From the NCBI GenBank assembly GCA_902531515.1, contig CACAEJ010000005.1:7017-71016 (forward strand): a stretch of 64,000 bases of DNA, in the 5' to 3' direction. The notes below the pieces were generated by a model. It was not told where the DNA came from and made no database searches. It saw only the letters and a program-made list of their open reading frames with translations. This document shows, piece after piece, positions 10,211-20,366 of this stretch. Position numbers and translations under genes: made by a program. Position 1 is the first letter of the stretch. The number at the start of each line of letters is the position of its first letter. This stretch comes from an uncultured Pseudohongiella sp. (lineage in GTDB: Bacteria > Pseudomonadota > Gammaproteobacteria > Pseudomonadales > Pseudohongiellaceae).

Positions 10211-10768
10211 TTGCAACAATATGACGGAACCACAATAGTCTCTGTACGAAGGGAAAATAAAGTCGTCATTGGCGGCGATGGACAAGTTTCTCAAGGAAAT
10301 ACGATAATGAAAGGGAACGCGAAAAAGGTGAGACGTCTACACAAAGATCAGGTCCTCGCTGGCTTTGCAGGGGGAACAGCTGATGCTTTCACCTTATTCG
10401 AAAGATTCGAGGAACAGTTAGAAAAACATCGTGGGAAACTATTAAGGTCTTCCGTGGAACTGGCAAAACTCTGGAGAACAGAGCGCTCCTTAAGAAGATT
10501 GGAGGCCCTATTAGTGGTGGCAGATAAAGAATCCTCTCTAGTGATAACTGGGAACGGAGACGTGATCGAACCAGAAGACTCAATCATGGCGATTGGGTCA
10601 GGTGGTAGCTACGCACTCTCTGCAGCTCGAGCATTAGTTTCAAATACAAATTTGAATGCTCGGGATATTGTTACGAAAAGCTTGGAAATCGCTGCTGGAA
10701 TCTGCGTGTACACGAATGAAGTGTACACAATTGAAGAACTCGAGATAAATCAGGACGAGCTAGGGTAG
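10211..10768 (+). CDS. hslV: ATP-dependent protease subunit HslV
   Basis: TTIVSVRR...[17 protein letters not shown]...GSGG matches HslV. TTG start at 10211 sits 6 nt after TAGGAGG. Five extra residues precede the catalytic Thr. Confidence 0.93.
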   Translation: MQQYDGTTIVSVRRENKVVIGGDGQVSQGNTIMKGNAKKVRRLHKDQVLAGFAGGTADAFTLFERFEEQLEKHRGKLLRSSVELAKLWRTERSLRRLEALLVVADKESSLVITGNGDVIEPEDSIMAIGSGGSYALSAARALVSNTNLNARDIVTKSLEIAAGICVYTNEVYTIEELEINQDELG

Positions 10769-10785
10769 TAAAGTATAGGCTTAAG

Positions 10786-12117
10786 ATGAATATAATGACC
10801 CCGCGTGAAATTACATCCGAATTAGATAGACACATAATTGGACAGGACAAGGCCAAGCGGGCAGTTGCCATCGCACTTCGAAACCGATGGAGGCGAATGA
10901 AACTTGATGAGTCTATGAGGTCGGAGATAACTCCGAAAAATATTTTGATGATCGGGCCAACCGGTGTCGGAAAAACCGAAATCGCTCGCCGTCTAGCTAG
11001 ACTAGCTCAGGCTCCCTTTATTAAGGTCGAGGCTACAAAGTTTACAGAGGTTGGCTATGTAGGCCGTGATGTCGAGTCTATAATACGAGACCTTGCAGAT
11101 GTTGCTGTCAAAATGACCCGCGAGGTGGAGATGCTGAAAGTCAGGCATCTCGCTGAAGATCTCGCGGAAGATAGAATACTTGATGTATTGCTGCCGCAAG
11201 CAAGGGTTGACGAAAATGAAGAAAAAACTCAGTCTAGTGCTAGACAATCTTTCCGGAAAAAACTTCGTGAAGGAGAACTAGATAAAAAAGAGATAGAAAT
11301 TAAGATCGCGGACGCACCACCTGGCGTCGAAATAATGGCACCACCTGGCTTGGAGGATATGACTAACCAATTAAAAAGCATGTTTTCTAATATGAATAGC
11401 GGCCGCAAAAAATCGAGAAGAATGTCTGTAAGAGCTGCCCTAAAAATAATTAAGGAGGAGGAGGCCTCAAAACTAATTAATGACGAAGAAATTAAGAACA
11501 AAGCGATAGAGGCAGCAGAACAAACAGGCATCGTTTTTATTGATGAAATAGATAAGGTCACAAATAAGCACGATCACGGAAATGGCGGCGTGTCGAGAGA
11601 GGGAGTTCAGCGGGACTTGCTGCCGTTAATCGAAGGATCAACCATCTCGACTAAATATGGAAGTATAAAAACGGATCACATTCTTTTTATTGCTTCTGGA
11701 GCTTTCCATCTTTCGAAACCGTCCGACCTAATTCCAGAACTACAAGGTCGACTCCCGATCCGCGTAGAACTAAACCCCTTAACCGCCAAAGATTTTCAAA
11801 GAATACTTAGCGAGCCAAATGCGTCTTTGGTGGATCAGTATCAGGCATTGTTGGGAACAGAAGATTTAGAAATAAGTTTCAGCAAAGATGGTATTGAGAA
11901 AATCGCTGAGATCGCTTGGCAAGTTAATGAAACTACCGAGAATATAGGTGCTCGAAGGTTGCATACCGTAATGGAAAGATTGTTGGAGGATATTTCGTAT
12001 TCCGCTTCAGATTTAGCACTAAGCACTAAAGAGTCATTGGTCATTGATAAGTCTTTCGTAGAAAAACAACTCGATGACCTTGCTAAAGATGAAGACTTAA
12101 GCCGCTACATTTTGTAA
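10786..12117 (+). CDS. hslU: ATP-dependent protease ATPase subunit HslU
   Basis: [17 protein letters not shown], Walker [16 protein letters not shown] and FIDEIDK. Confidence 0.96.
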   Translation: MNIMTPREITSELDRHIIGQDKAKRAVAIALRNRWRRMKLDESMRSEITPKNILMIGPTGVGKTEIARRLARLAQAPFIKVEATKFTEVGYVGRDVESIIRDLADVAVKMTREVEMLKVRHLAEDLAEDRILDVLLPQARVDENEEKTQSSARQSFRKKLREGELDKKEIEIKIADAPPGVEIMAPPGLEDMTNQLKSMFSNMNSGRKKSRRMSVRAALKIIKEEEASKLINDEEIKNKAIEAAEQTGIVFIDEIDKVTNKHDHGNGGVSREGVQRDLLPLIEGSTISTKYGSIKTDHILFIASGAFHLSKPSDLIPELQGRLPIRVELNPLTAKDFQRILSEPNASLVDQYQALLGTEDLEISFSKDGIEKIAEIAWQVNETTENIGARRLHTVMERLLEDISYSASDLALSTKESLVIDKSFVEKQLDDLAKDEDLSRYIL

Positions 12118-12131
12118 ACGGTTATTCCCAG

Positions 12132-12536
12132 ATGCTGAATAAAACCCCCACTGAAGTCAAATTGCGCAAGCAATCTAACACCCTAGAACTAAGTTACAAT
12201 GATGGCAGCCAGCTTGAATTTTCGTCAGAATTTTTACGGGTTCACTCACCTTCTGCAGAGGTCAGAGGTCATGGGAAGGGACAAGAAGTGCTTCAGACTG
12301 GAAAGCGGCACGTGAAACTCAAAAATGTAGAACCTGTAGGAAACTATGCTGTAAAGTTGGAATTTGACGATGGTCACAGCACAGGGATTTTTAGTTGGGA
12401 CTATCTAGTATCCATAGGTCGTGACAAAAAAACACTTTGGGATGACTATCTTTTACGATTACAGCAGGCTGGCAAGACCAGAGACCCCTCTCCCACTGAT
12501 ACTCAAATTATAAAAGTAAAACCTCTAAAAAGTTAA
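12132..12536 (+). CDS. DUF971 (gamma-butyrobetaine hydroxylase-like N-terminal domain) protein
   Basis: 134 aa with LRVHSPSAEVRGHG and YAVKLEFDDGHSTGIFSWDYL, a pattern typical of DUF971. Confidence 0.7.
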   Translation: MLNKTPTEVKLRKQSNTLELSYNDGSQLEFSSEFLRVHSPSAEVRGHGKGQEVLQTGKRHVKLKNVEPVGNYAVKLEFDDGHSTGIFSWDYLVSIGRDKKTLWDDYLLRLQQAGKTRDPSPTDTQIIKVKPLKS

Positions 12537-12539
12537 CTT

Positions 12540-13298
12540 ATGAAGAATCTAGACGACCAAGAAACGACCCACTTCGGCTATGAGAAAGTACTAATAACGG
12601 AGAAGGAGGAGCGAGTCGCTAAAGTTTTTCGCTCTGTAGCGAATCGTTACGATCTCATGAATGATGTTATGTCTCTTGGCACTCATCGACTCATCAAAAG
12701 ATTTACTATCCAATTAAGCGCTTTACGCCCAGGCCAGAGAGTTCTTGATCTGGCTGGTGGGACAGGAGATTTAAGTAAACAATTCTCTAGCTTGGTCGGT
12801 GAGTCAGGTCAAGTCGTTCTAGCAGATATTAATGATGCTATGCTAAAAGTTGGAAGAAATCGACTGATAGACTCCGGCTGCGACATGAATGTTGACATCG
12901 CACAGCTCGACGCGGAGAAACTACCTTTTGCAGATAACACTTTTGATTGTATTTGCATCGCGTATGGGCTCAGAAACATAACCAACAAAAAAGCGGCCCT
13001 TGAAGCTATGAGAAAAGTTCTTAAACCCGGGGGACGACTTGTGATACTCGAATTCTCAAAGCCCGAAAATTTTGTCATCGACAAGGCATATGGCGCGTTC
13101 TCATCACTATGGCCCTTAGCAGGCAGACTTTTAACTGGTGACTCTGATAGCTACCGTTACCTTGTGGAATCAATAAAGATGCACCCTGACCAGGAAACTT
13201 TATTAGACATGCTCGTCAAAGCCGGACTAGAACATTGCAGTTATCAAAATGTCATGAGTGGCATCTGCGCTATTCACTTAGGATTTAAAGCTCTGTGA
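12540..13298 (+). CDS. ubiE: ubiquinone/menaquinone biosynthesis C-methyltransferase
   Basis: THFGYEKV N-terminus, SAM motif VLDLAGGTGD, RNIT; followed by ubiJ and ubiB. Confidence 0.93.
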   Translation: MKNLDDQETTHFGYEKVLITEKEERVAKVFRSVANRYDLMNDVMSLGTHRLIKRFTIQLSALRPGQRVLDLAGGTGDLSKQFSSLVGESGQVVLADINDAMLKVGRNRLIDSGCDMNVDIAQLDAEKLPFADNTFDCICIAYGLRNITNKKAALEAMRKVLKPGGRLVILEFSKPENFVIDKAYGAFSSLWPLAGRLLTGDSDSYRYLVESIKMHPDQETLLDMLVKAGLEHCSYQNVMSGICAIHLGFKAL

Positions 13299-13939
13299 AC
13301 CATGCCATAGCAACATCTATTCTTTGGCCAGCAGAAAAATTCATCAATCTGCTAATCGAGAACGACTCGCATGTAAAAAAACTTCTTGCTAACTTCTGCG
13401 GTAAATCAATAGAGATAGAGACTTTTTTGCCGAACCTCCACTTAACGATAAAGTTTTTTGGTGGCGGGATACGCCTGATTGGCTTTGAGAAAAATTTAGT
13501 TGACACTCCTGCTGATGTAAAAATTTCAGGAGATTTTGATAGATTGTTAAGACTATTAATCGACCATAAGAAGTATGGTTTTTTCAACCAAAACATAAAG
13601 GTTGCTGGTGACTCTGAACTCGGCCAAAAACTATATGATAGTCTCCAGAAGATGGATATCGATTGGCTAAGCCTATTAACACCTTGGCTAGGACATGTTT
13701 TAACGAATGAATTGAACAAAGGGGGAAAAAGAGTAGTAGATTGGAGTATCCAGTTCAACGACTCTTTAAATCGTAATATACAGGACTACTTAAAAGAAGA
13801 AAAAAAACTTCTACCCTCGTCAGACAGTTTGGAAAGTTTGAAAGACAACATCGATCTTCTGAAGCTACGGGTTGATCGGGTTATGGCCAAAACACAACTT
13901 CTAGCAGAACGTCTCAATAAGCCAGGTGACAAACAATGA
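13295..13939 (+). CDS. ubiJ: SCP2-domain ubiquinone biosynthesis accessory factor
   Basis: 214 aa ORF overlapping the ubiE stop, located between ubiE and ubiB. The call rests mostly on conserved synteny and size. Confidence 0.65.
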   Translation: MNHAIATSILWPAEKFINLLIENDSHVKKLLANFCGKSIEIETFLPNLHLTIKFFGGGIRLIGFEKNLVDTPADVKISGDFDRLLRLLIDHKKYGFFNQNIKVAGDSELGQKLYDSLQKMDIDWLSLLTPWLGHVLTNELNKGGKRVVDWSIQFNDSLNRNIQDYLKEEKKLLPSSDSLESLKDNIDLLKLRVDRVMAKTQLLAERLNKPGDKQ

Positions 13940-14013
13940 GATTATTGATTCTTTCCAAACTCAGATTTGCATATCTTTTCATATTACCCAGATTGAGAGC
14001 AGTGGAAATTTAA

Positions 14014-15639
14014 TTGGCCCATTTATTTCATTTACTAAGAGTACTCGGTCATTATCGCCTTGATGAATTTTTAAAAGGGCATGAAGGCACCTTACTTTTG
14101 CGTTACATGCTTTCGCCATTTACCCTCGGCAATCGCCAATCCCCAAAAGAACCAATTGCTGTTCGTTTGCGCAAGTCCTTGGAAGAACTCGGTCCGATAT
14201 ATGTTAAGTTTGGCCAACTACTATCTACCAGGAGAGATTTTCTACCAAACGACATAGCAGATGAGCTTCAATCTCTTCAAGATAATGTGCCACCATTTAA
14301 GTACCCGTCTATCCAATCAATTCTATCAACTGAATTAGACATAGAGATTGATCAAGTTTTTAAAAGTGTTGAAGACGAACCATTTGCCTCCGCTTCTGTC
14401 GCCCAAGTTCACAATGCGATCCTAATAAATGGTGATCTTGTGGTCATCAAAGTCATTCGACCAGGTTTAGAGAAAACCATCAATAAAGATCTAAAGCTAT
14501 TGAAGACGATAGCTCATCTAATACAGAGGCTATCATCTACCGGCCGTCGTTTGAGACTTGTTGAAATTGTCAACGATTATGAAGAAGTTATTTTCAACGA
14601 ACTAGACTTAAGGTCAGAAGCAGCGAATACAACCCAACTAGCACGAAACTTCGATTCTTCATCAGAGTTGTACATACCAAAAGTGTATTGGGACTTCACA
14701 TGCAAGAATATTTTAGTGACAGAAAAAATCCATGGCATTCAAATCTCTAATATTCAAAAACTCAAAGAACATAGCATCGATCTCAAAATATTAGCTGAGA
14801 CTGGTGTAAATATTTTTTTCACCCAAGTTTTTGAACACAATTTCTTCCATGCCGATATGCATCCCGGAAACATTTTTGTTTCAACATCGTCGCAGCAAAG
14901 TCCCCAATATATTGCAATCGACTGCGCAATTATGGGCTCTCTATCAAGTAGCGATCAAGAATACTTAGCTAGAAATTTGCTTGCAATCTTCAAAAGAGAT
15001 TATAGAAAAGTAGCCGAGCTGCACATCGAGTGTGGTTGGATTCCAAAGGAAACCAAATTACAGGAGTTTGAATCTGCAATAAGAACTGTATGTGAACCTA
15101 TCTTCGAGAAGCCATTAAGGGAAATTTCCTTCGGAAAATTATTGGTACAACTTTTTCAAACAGCCAGTCGTTTTGAAATGGAAGTACAACCATCACTCGT
15201 GCTGCTACAAAAAACTCTTTTGAATGTGGAAGGTCTCGGAAGACAACTCTACCCAGACCTTGATCTTTGGCAAACAGCTTTCCCATACTTGGAGAGCTGG
15301 AATTCCAAGCGCCTGAACCCCCTTACATTCCTCAATAAAATTCAGGAAAGCATCCCAAAGTGGGTTGAGCAGTTACCGAATTTGCCTCAGCTTGTAATGG
15401 ACAATTTAGCTCAAATTCCATCTATTGGAGCTTTACAAGCGAAAGTCTTGCAGGCGCAGCTTAGAAGGGAAAACGAAATCAAAAGGAAAATGCGCTTTAA
15501 AAAGTACGTAGGTATGTCATGTGTTTTATTCGCTGGAATTTCTTTAATCCCAACTTCCTTGAATTTCCTTCAAAGTATTCCGAGTGCAACACTGATTTTC
15601 GTGGGGTTTGGTATCTATTTTTTGTATTTTGATCGATGA
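14014..15639 (+). CDS. ubiB: ubiquinone biosynthesis regulatory protein kinase UbiB
   Basis: GPIYVKFGQLLSTRRDFLP, ASASVAQVH, FFHADMHPGNIF and C-terminal TM helices. TTG start aligns with the E. coli UbiB N-terminus. Confidence 0.92.
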   Translation: MAHLFHLLRVLGHYRLDEFLKGHEGTLLLRYMLSPFTLGNRQSPKEPIAVRLRKSLEELGPIYVKFGQLLSTRRDFLPNDIADELQSLQDNVPPFKYPSIQSILSTELDIEIDQVFKSVEDEPFASASVAQVHNAILINGDLVVIKVIRPGLEKTINKDLKLLKTIAHLIQRLSSTGRRLRLVEIVNDYEEVIFNELDLRSEAANTTQLARNFDSSSELYIPKVYWDFTCKNILVTEKIHGIQISNIQKLKEHSIDLKILAETGVNIFFTQVFEHNFFHADMHPGNIFVSTSSQQSPQYIAIDCAIMGSLSSSDQEYLARNLLAIFKRDYRKVAELHIECGWIPKETKLQEFESAIRTVCEPIFEKPLREISFGKLLVQLFQTASRFEMEVQPSLVLLQKTLLNVEGLGRQLYPDLDLWQTAFPYLESWNSKRLNPLTFLNKIQESIPKWVEQLPNLPQLVMDNLAQIPSIGALQAKVLQAQLRRENEIKRKMRFKKYVGMSCVLFAGISLIPTSLNFLQSIPSATLIFVGFGIYFLYFDR

Positions 15640-15656
15640 AGGCTCATACTTAGAAT

Positions 15657-16046
15657 ATGTCCACTTTCCTAGACCAAATCACATGGAATCAAGATGGCCT
15701 GGTGCCAGTGGTAACTATTGAGGTTGATTCTCGACGAATTCTGATGCAAGCATGGGTGAATAGAGAAGCATTGCAAACCACTGTTAACGAAGGATTCGCT
15801 GTTTATTGGTCTAGATCACGAGCAAAGTTATGGAGAAAAGGAGAAAAGTCCGGAAACACTCAGAGAGTAGTGGAAGTGTATTTGGATTGCGATAACGACA
15901 GTTTATGTTATGAAGTCCAGCAGGCAGGGGGTATCGCCTGTCATACAGGCAGGGAAAGTTGTTTTTTCCAAAAGTATGAAGAAGGCAAATGGTTGGTTGC
16001 TGACCCAGTATTAAAAGACCCTTCTTCCATTTATGATAATCAATGA
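15657..16046 (+). CDS. hisI: phosphoribosyl-AMP cyclohydrolase
   Basis: 129 aa with DGLVPVV, MQAWVNREAL, YWSRSRAKLWRKGEKSGN and YLDCDNDS. Confidence 0.92.
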   Translation: MSTFLDQITWNQDGLVPVVTIEVDSRRILMQAWVNREALQTTVNEGFAVYWSRSRAKLWRKGEKSGNTQRVVEVYLDCDNDSLCYEVQQAGGIACHTGRESCFFQKYEEGKWLVADPVLKDPSSIYDNQ

Positions 16047-16073
16047 CCTGCTAGACGGTATTTAGATCACGAG

Positions 16074-16421
16074 TTGAATGATAGAATGAGTAAAGTACTT
16101 GATGAACTTGCGGAGCTCCTGAAGCTCAGAAAAACCGCGTCCAGTAAGGAATCATACGTTGCGAGCTTACACGCGCAAGGCATAAATAAGATACTCGAAA
16201 AAATTGGCGAGGAAGCAACTGAAACTATCATTGCAGCCAAAGAGTATGAGGCAAATGCAGATGACAGCAGTAGGGCAGTGATCCATGAGACCGCGGACTT
16301 GTGGTTTCATACTATGGTAATGTTAAGCCATCTCGATCTCGAGCCCAGTAAAGTTTTGGAAGAATTAGAGCAACGCTTTAATATCTCTGGTATTGAAGAA
16401 AAAGCATCTCGTAAAAATTAA
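16074..16421 (+). CDS. hisE: phosphoribosyl-ATP pyrophosphatase
   Basis: ESYVASL, KILEKIGEEATETIIAAK and ETADLWFHTMVML. The start is either TTG 16074 or ATG 16086. Confidence 0.9.
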   Translation: MNDRMSKVLDELAELLKLRKTASSKESYVASLHAQGINKILEKIGEEATETIIAAKEYEANADDSSRAVIHETADLWFHTMVMLSHLDLEPSKVLEELEQRFNISGIEEKASRKN

Positions 16422-16462
16422 TTCATTATCAACTTTGTTAGCAGTTTGAATGGGAGGTAACC

Positions 16463-16699
16463 ATGGGTGTAGGCGGAATTGGAATTTGGCAACTACTTAT
16501 AATTTTACTTATCGTGGTGATGCTATTCGGCACGAAGAAACTTCGCAATTTGGGGTCAGATCTTGGCGGGGCCTTAAAAGGTTTCAAAACTGCCATGAAG
16601 GATGACGATAAGGATGAGTCAGAAGGAGAACCAGATGAAGCAGACGATTCAGAAGGAGAAACTATAGAGGCGCCCGCTGAGAAAGTCGAATCTAAGTAA
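16463..16699 (+). CDS. tatA: twin-arginine translocase subunit TatA
   Basis: [36 protein letters not shown] followed by an acidic tail. Confidence 0.93.
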   Translation: MGVGGIGIWQLLIILLIVVMLFGTKKLRNLGSDLGGALKGFKTAMKDDDKDESEGEPDEADDSEGETIEAPAEKVESK

Positions 16700-16759
16700 C
16701 ACCAATTTACTAAACCAGTTCTTTCTTAAAGTCTTCAGCTATACGAGTCAACTCAGTTT

Positions 16760-17233
16760 ATGTTTAACATTCATTCAACTGAAATACTGCTGATACTAAT
16801 AGTAGCTTTGATTGTAATCGGCCCTGATAAGTTACCAACAGCTGTGAAAACAGCCGGCTTGTGGATCGGGCGGTTCAGACGTTCTTTCTACAAGGTAAAG
16901 GCAGAAATCGAAAGAGAGCTTAATACCGATGAGATAAGAAGACAGTTGCATAATGAATCGGTTATGGCTCAAATCGAGGATGCTAAAGAGAAAGTAAAAA
17001 CCGTAGCCACGGAAACCGAAACATCTGTTAACTCTCTAGTTAATACTGAAAGTTTTGACCCTGGCGCCTCTGTCGCCACCAATGATCAAACGGTTACTGA
17101 AGGACAAGACAAAAAAGAAAACTCAGAGATGACGGGGGATGCTGTACGAGAAGTTTATAGCCCAAGTCAAAACCCAAAACTTGCACAATCTGATAAGACA
17201 GGTAAGGTAGTTGAAGAAGATGGCGTCGGCTGA
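16760..17233 (+). CDS. tatB: twin-arginine translocase subunit TatB
   Basis: MFNIHSTEILLILIVALIVIGPDKLP plus an amphipathic helix; lies between tatA and tatC. Confidence 0.9.
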   Translation: MFNIHSTEILLILIVALIVIGPDKLPTAVKTAGLWIGRFRRSFYKVKAEIERELNTDEIRRQLHNESVMAQIEDAKEKVKTVATETETSVNSLVNTESFDPGASVATNDQTVTEGQDKKENSEMTGDAVREVYSPSQNPKLAQSDKTGKVVEEDGVG

Positions 17234-17969
17234 GGAAGAAAAAGAACTGACGCTAATCGATCACTTGGTAGAATTACGTGATCGAATTTTGAAATGTGTA
17301 ATTGCAATAGTGGTATTCTTCTTAGGTCTATTTTACTGGGCGAACGATATCTACAACTACGTTGCACTTCCACTTATCCAGGCCTTGCCGGAAGGATCTA
17401 ATATGATTGCGATTGATCCTACCTCCCCTTTCTTTGCTCCCTTTAAATTAACTTTCTACGTTTCATTTTTATTGGCTGCTCCATATGTCCTCTTTCAACT
17501 TTGGTCTTTTATTGCGCCAGGGCTATACAAAAATGAAAAGGCCGTGGCAATCCCCCTATTCATTTCTAGCGTCGCTTTGTTTTATACAGGAATCGCATTT
17601 GCACGTTATATACTGTTCGGAATTGTCTTCGGTTTTTTTATTTCTGTTGCTCCGGAAGGGATTCAGGTAGCTCCCGATATCAGCAGCTTTCTAAGTTTTG
17701 CGCTAACGATCTTCTTTGCTTTTGGCATCGCTTTCGAAATTCCAATCGCTGTTTTTCTGTGTATTTGGGCAGGGTTAGCAGAACCCGATTCCCTCTCTGA
17801 AAAACGTCCATACGTGGTAGTAGGCTGTTTCGTAATCGCAATGTTATTGACTCCGCCAGACCCGTTCACTCAGTCAATGCTTGCCTTACCAATGTGGGCT
17901 CTCTTTGAGCTAGGAATATTGGCTGGGAGATTAGTGCGGAGAAAGCAGGAAGCAAACGCTAATGAATGA
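17211..17969 (+). CDS. tatC: twin-arginine translocase subunit TatC
   Basis: LIDHLVELRDRIL followed by six hydrophobic segments. Confidence 0.93.
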   Translation: MKKMASAEEEKELTLIDHLVELRDRILKCVIAIVVFFLGLFYWANDIYNYVALPLIQALPEGSNMIAIDPTSPFFAPFKLTFYVSFLLAAPYVLFQLWSFIAPGLYKNEKAVAIPLFISSVALFYTGIAFARYILFGIVFGFFISVAPEGIQVAPDISSFLSFALTIFFAFGIAFEIPIAVFLCIWAGLAEPDSLSEKRPYVVVGCFVIAMLLTPPDPFTQSMLALPMWALFELGILAGRLVRRKQEANANE

Positions 17970-17980
17970 TTTAAGAGTCT

Positions 17981-18418
17981 TCAGGCACTTAAGTAAAACG
18001 TAACTGGACCGTTATTTTCTAGAACGATCCTCATATTGGAGCCAAACTTTCCGAATGCTATTTTTTTGTATGACTGTATAGCTTTTGAAACCATAAAATC
18101 ATAAATACGCTGTGCTTCACTTGGTGCCATAGCTGAAGAAAAACTCGGCCTCAATCCTTTTCCTGTTTCAGCCGCAAGAGTAAACTGCGAAACCAACATT
18201 AAACCACCATCAATATCTTTGACGCTGAGATTCATTTTTTCATCTTGATCGTTAAATATTCTGTAATTTAATATTTTCTGCAATAACTTTTCAGCAGTTG
18301 ATTCACAATCCTTCTTCTCAACCCCGAGCAACACCAGAATACCAGAATCAATTTGACTGAACAGTCGATCATCAATCAACAAATTTGCATAGTTGACCCT
18401 TTGTACTAACGCAATCAT
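17981..18418 (-). CDS. dtd: D-aminoacyl-tRNA deacylase
   Basis: 145 aa with [15 protein letters not shown] and KGLRPSF; 4-nt overlap with typA. Confidence 0.92.
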   Translation of the reverse strand: MIALVQRVNYANLLIDDRLFSQIDSGILVLLGVEKKDCESTAEKLLQKILNYRIFNDQDEKMNLSVKDIDGGLMLVSQFTLAAETGKGLRPSFSSAMAPSEAQRIYDFMVSKAIQSYKKIAFGKFGSNMRIVLENNGPVTFYLSA

Positions 18419-20241
18419 CTTCCTAACTCTTTCATGCGTCCATCTCGCTTACGCTGATTTTCTGTGAGATGCTTTTTCCTAAGTCTAATATGGTTCGGAG
18501 TTATCTCTACCAGCTCATCATCTGAAATAAATTCCATTGCTCGCTCCAGGCTATGACTTACTGGTGTTGTTAACAAAATATTCTCGTCACTGCCAGATGC
18601 CCTAATATTGGTTAATTGTTTAGCTTTGGTTGGGTTTACAACTAAGTCGTTACCTCGATTATTGATTCCCACTATCATGCCCTCATAAATTTCAACATTC
18701 GGACCAACAAAAAGCCTCCCTCTATCTTGTAAATTAAAAAGTGAATAACCCAGAGTTTTGCCAGTGACCATCGAAACAAGCACACCATTAATACGGCCTC
18801 CAAGTTTTGCCTCTTTAAAATCGCCATAGTGGTCAAAATTATGAGTCATCAAACCTGAACCCGAAGTGATGGACAAAAACTGTGATCGAAAACCAATTAG
18901 TCCGCGAGTTGGCGCCTTAAATTGAATCCTCACACGACCCTTACCATCCGGAATTAGATCTTGCAACTCTGCTCTTCTGGTGCCGAGTTCTTCGATAACC
19001 GAGCCTTGATGCTGCTCATCACAATCAATTAACAAAGTTTCATAAGGTTCTTGTTTCTTACCATTTTGCTCAACAACGATTACCTCCGGCTTTGAAACAG
19101 CAAGTTCATAACCTTCCCTTCGCATGGTTTCAATAAGAACTGCTAGATGGAGCTCTCCTCGACCTGACACGATATATTTGTCTGGTGTCTCTCCATCTCT
19201 AACCCGAAGTGCTACATTATAAAGAAGCTCACGCTCCAATCGTTCCTTTAGCTGGCGTGTCGTTACGTACTTGCCGTCTAAACCAGCAAACGGTGAATCA
19301 TTGACTTGAAAAGTCATAGTGATTGTTGGCTCGTCGACTGTCAAAGGCGGCATAGGCTCGATACAAGAAGGGTCGCAAATAGTGTCCGAAATTTGAAGTC
19401 CTTCAATTCCTGAGATGCAAATTATTTGTCCTGCTGCGGCAGACTCCACGTCTACACGCTCTAAGCCAAGATGGCTTTTTACCTGCAATATTTTTGCCTT
19501 CGTTATGTTTCTTTCTGAGTTAACAACTGCCACGGACTGGTTTCGAACTGCTTCCCCACGAGTGATCCTGCCGATTCCGATAACTCCTACATAGCTATCG
19601 TAATCTAGCGCGCTAATCTGCATTTGTAGTGGTTTATTTACTTCCACCTTTGGAGAAGGAACCCTTTCAATAATCATTGAAAAAATGGCATTCATATCAT
19701 TGTTCTGCCGCTCTAGTTCCAAGCCTGATGTGCCTCGTAAAGCTGACGTATATACGATAGGAAAATCAAGTTGATTATCGCTGGCCCCTAAATTATCAAA
19801 AAGTTCAAAGACCTCATCGATCACCCAATCAGGTCGTGCTCCCTTTCTATCTACTTTGTTCACTACAACAATTGGATTAAGACCTTGGGCAAACGCCTTT
19901 TGCGTTACAAAACGCGTCTGTGGCATCGGCCCCTCAACTGCGTCTACTAACAGTAAAACACTATCTACCATAGAAAGAACACGCTCCACCTCGCCACCGA
20001 AGTCTGCGTGCCCTGGCGTGTCTACAATATTTATATGGTAGTCCTTCCAATAGATAGCGGTATTTTTTGCAAGAATAGTAATTCCGCGCTCTCTCTCTTG
20101 GTCATTCGAGTCCAAAATCCTATCAATTTGTTTGCCCCTACTTTTTAAGGTGCCAGACTGCTCTAGTAGCTTGTCAACTAAGGTTGTCTTCCCATGATCG
20201 ACATGCGCAATAATGGCAATGTTTCTTATTTTGTCTTCCAT
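18415..20241 (-). CDS. typA: translational GTPase TypA/BipA
   Basis: [30 protein letters not shown] and NKVDR. Confidence 0.96.
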   Translation of the reverse strand: MEDKIRNIAIIAHVDHGKTTLVDKLLEQSGTLKSRGKQIDRILDSNDQERERGITILAKNTAIYWKDYHINIVDTPGHADFGGEVERVLSMVDSVLLLVDAVEGPMPQTRFVTQKAFAQGLNPIVVVNKVDRKGARPDWVIDEVFELFDNLGASDNQLDFPIVYTSALRGTSGLELERQNNDMNAIFSMIIERVPSPKVEVNKPLQMQISALDYDSYVGVIGIGRITRGEAVRNQSVAVVNSERNITKAKILQVKSHLGLERVDVESAAAGQIICISGIEGLQISDTICDPSCIEPMPPLTVDEPTITMTFQVNDSPFAGLDGKYVTTRQLKERLERELLYNVALRVRDGETPDKYIVSGRGELHLAVLIETMRREGYELAVSKPEVIVVEQNGKKQEPYETLLIDCDEQHQGSVIEELGTRRAELQDLIPDGKGRVRIQFKAPTRGLIGFRSQFLSITSGSGLMTHNFDHYGDFKEAKLGGRINGVLVSMVTGKTLGYSLFNLQDRGRLFVGPNVEIYEGMIVGINNRGNDLVVNPTKAKQLTNIRASGSDENILLTTPVSHSLERAMEFISDDELVEITPNHIRLRKKHLTENQRKRDGRMKELGR

Positions 20242-20366
20242 AATGATTGAAATTTAATCGAGAATATAGTCTTAGTCTTACTCAGCTATTTGTGGTTTGA
20301 GCGGAAAGGCGCGAGTATACACGAGCACCTACAGAAAGATAATCAGAAGTTCTATTCTCACTTAAA

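Noticed and set aside
13285-13758. Long antisense ORFs opposite well-supported genes. Examples are 13285..13758, 29752..30192, 30140..30463, 47896..48267, 50322..50663, 52653..53093, 54076..54441 and 58417..58944.
   Set aside because: Each lies entirely within, and antisense to or out of frame with, a gene that has clear family motifs. Their translations are low-complexity or Ser/Pro/Arg-rich with no recognisable motifs. They are typical shadow ORFs.
13936-14013. 25-codon ORF (MRLLILSKLRFAYLFILPRLRAVEI*) starting at the ATGA overlap with the ubiJ stop and lying in frame with ubiB. It could be a stop-codon readthrough or a disrupted ubiB N-terminus.
   Set aside because: The UbiB sequence from TTG 14014 (MAHLFHLLRVLGHYRLDEF) already aligns with the very N-terminus of E. 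coli UbiB, so no extension is needed. The short ORF has no support beyond its position.
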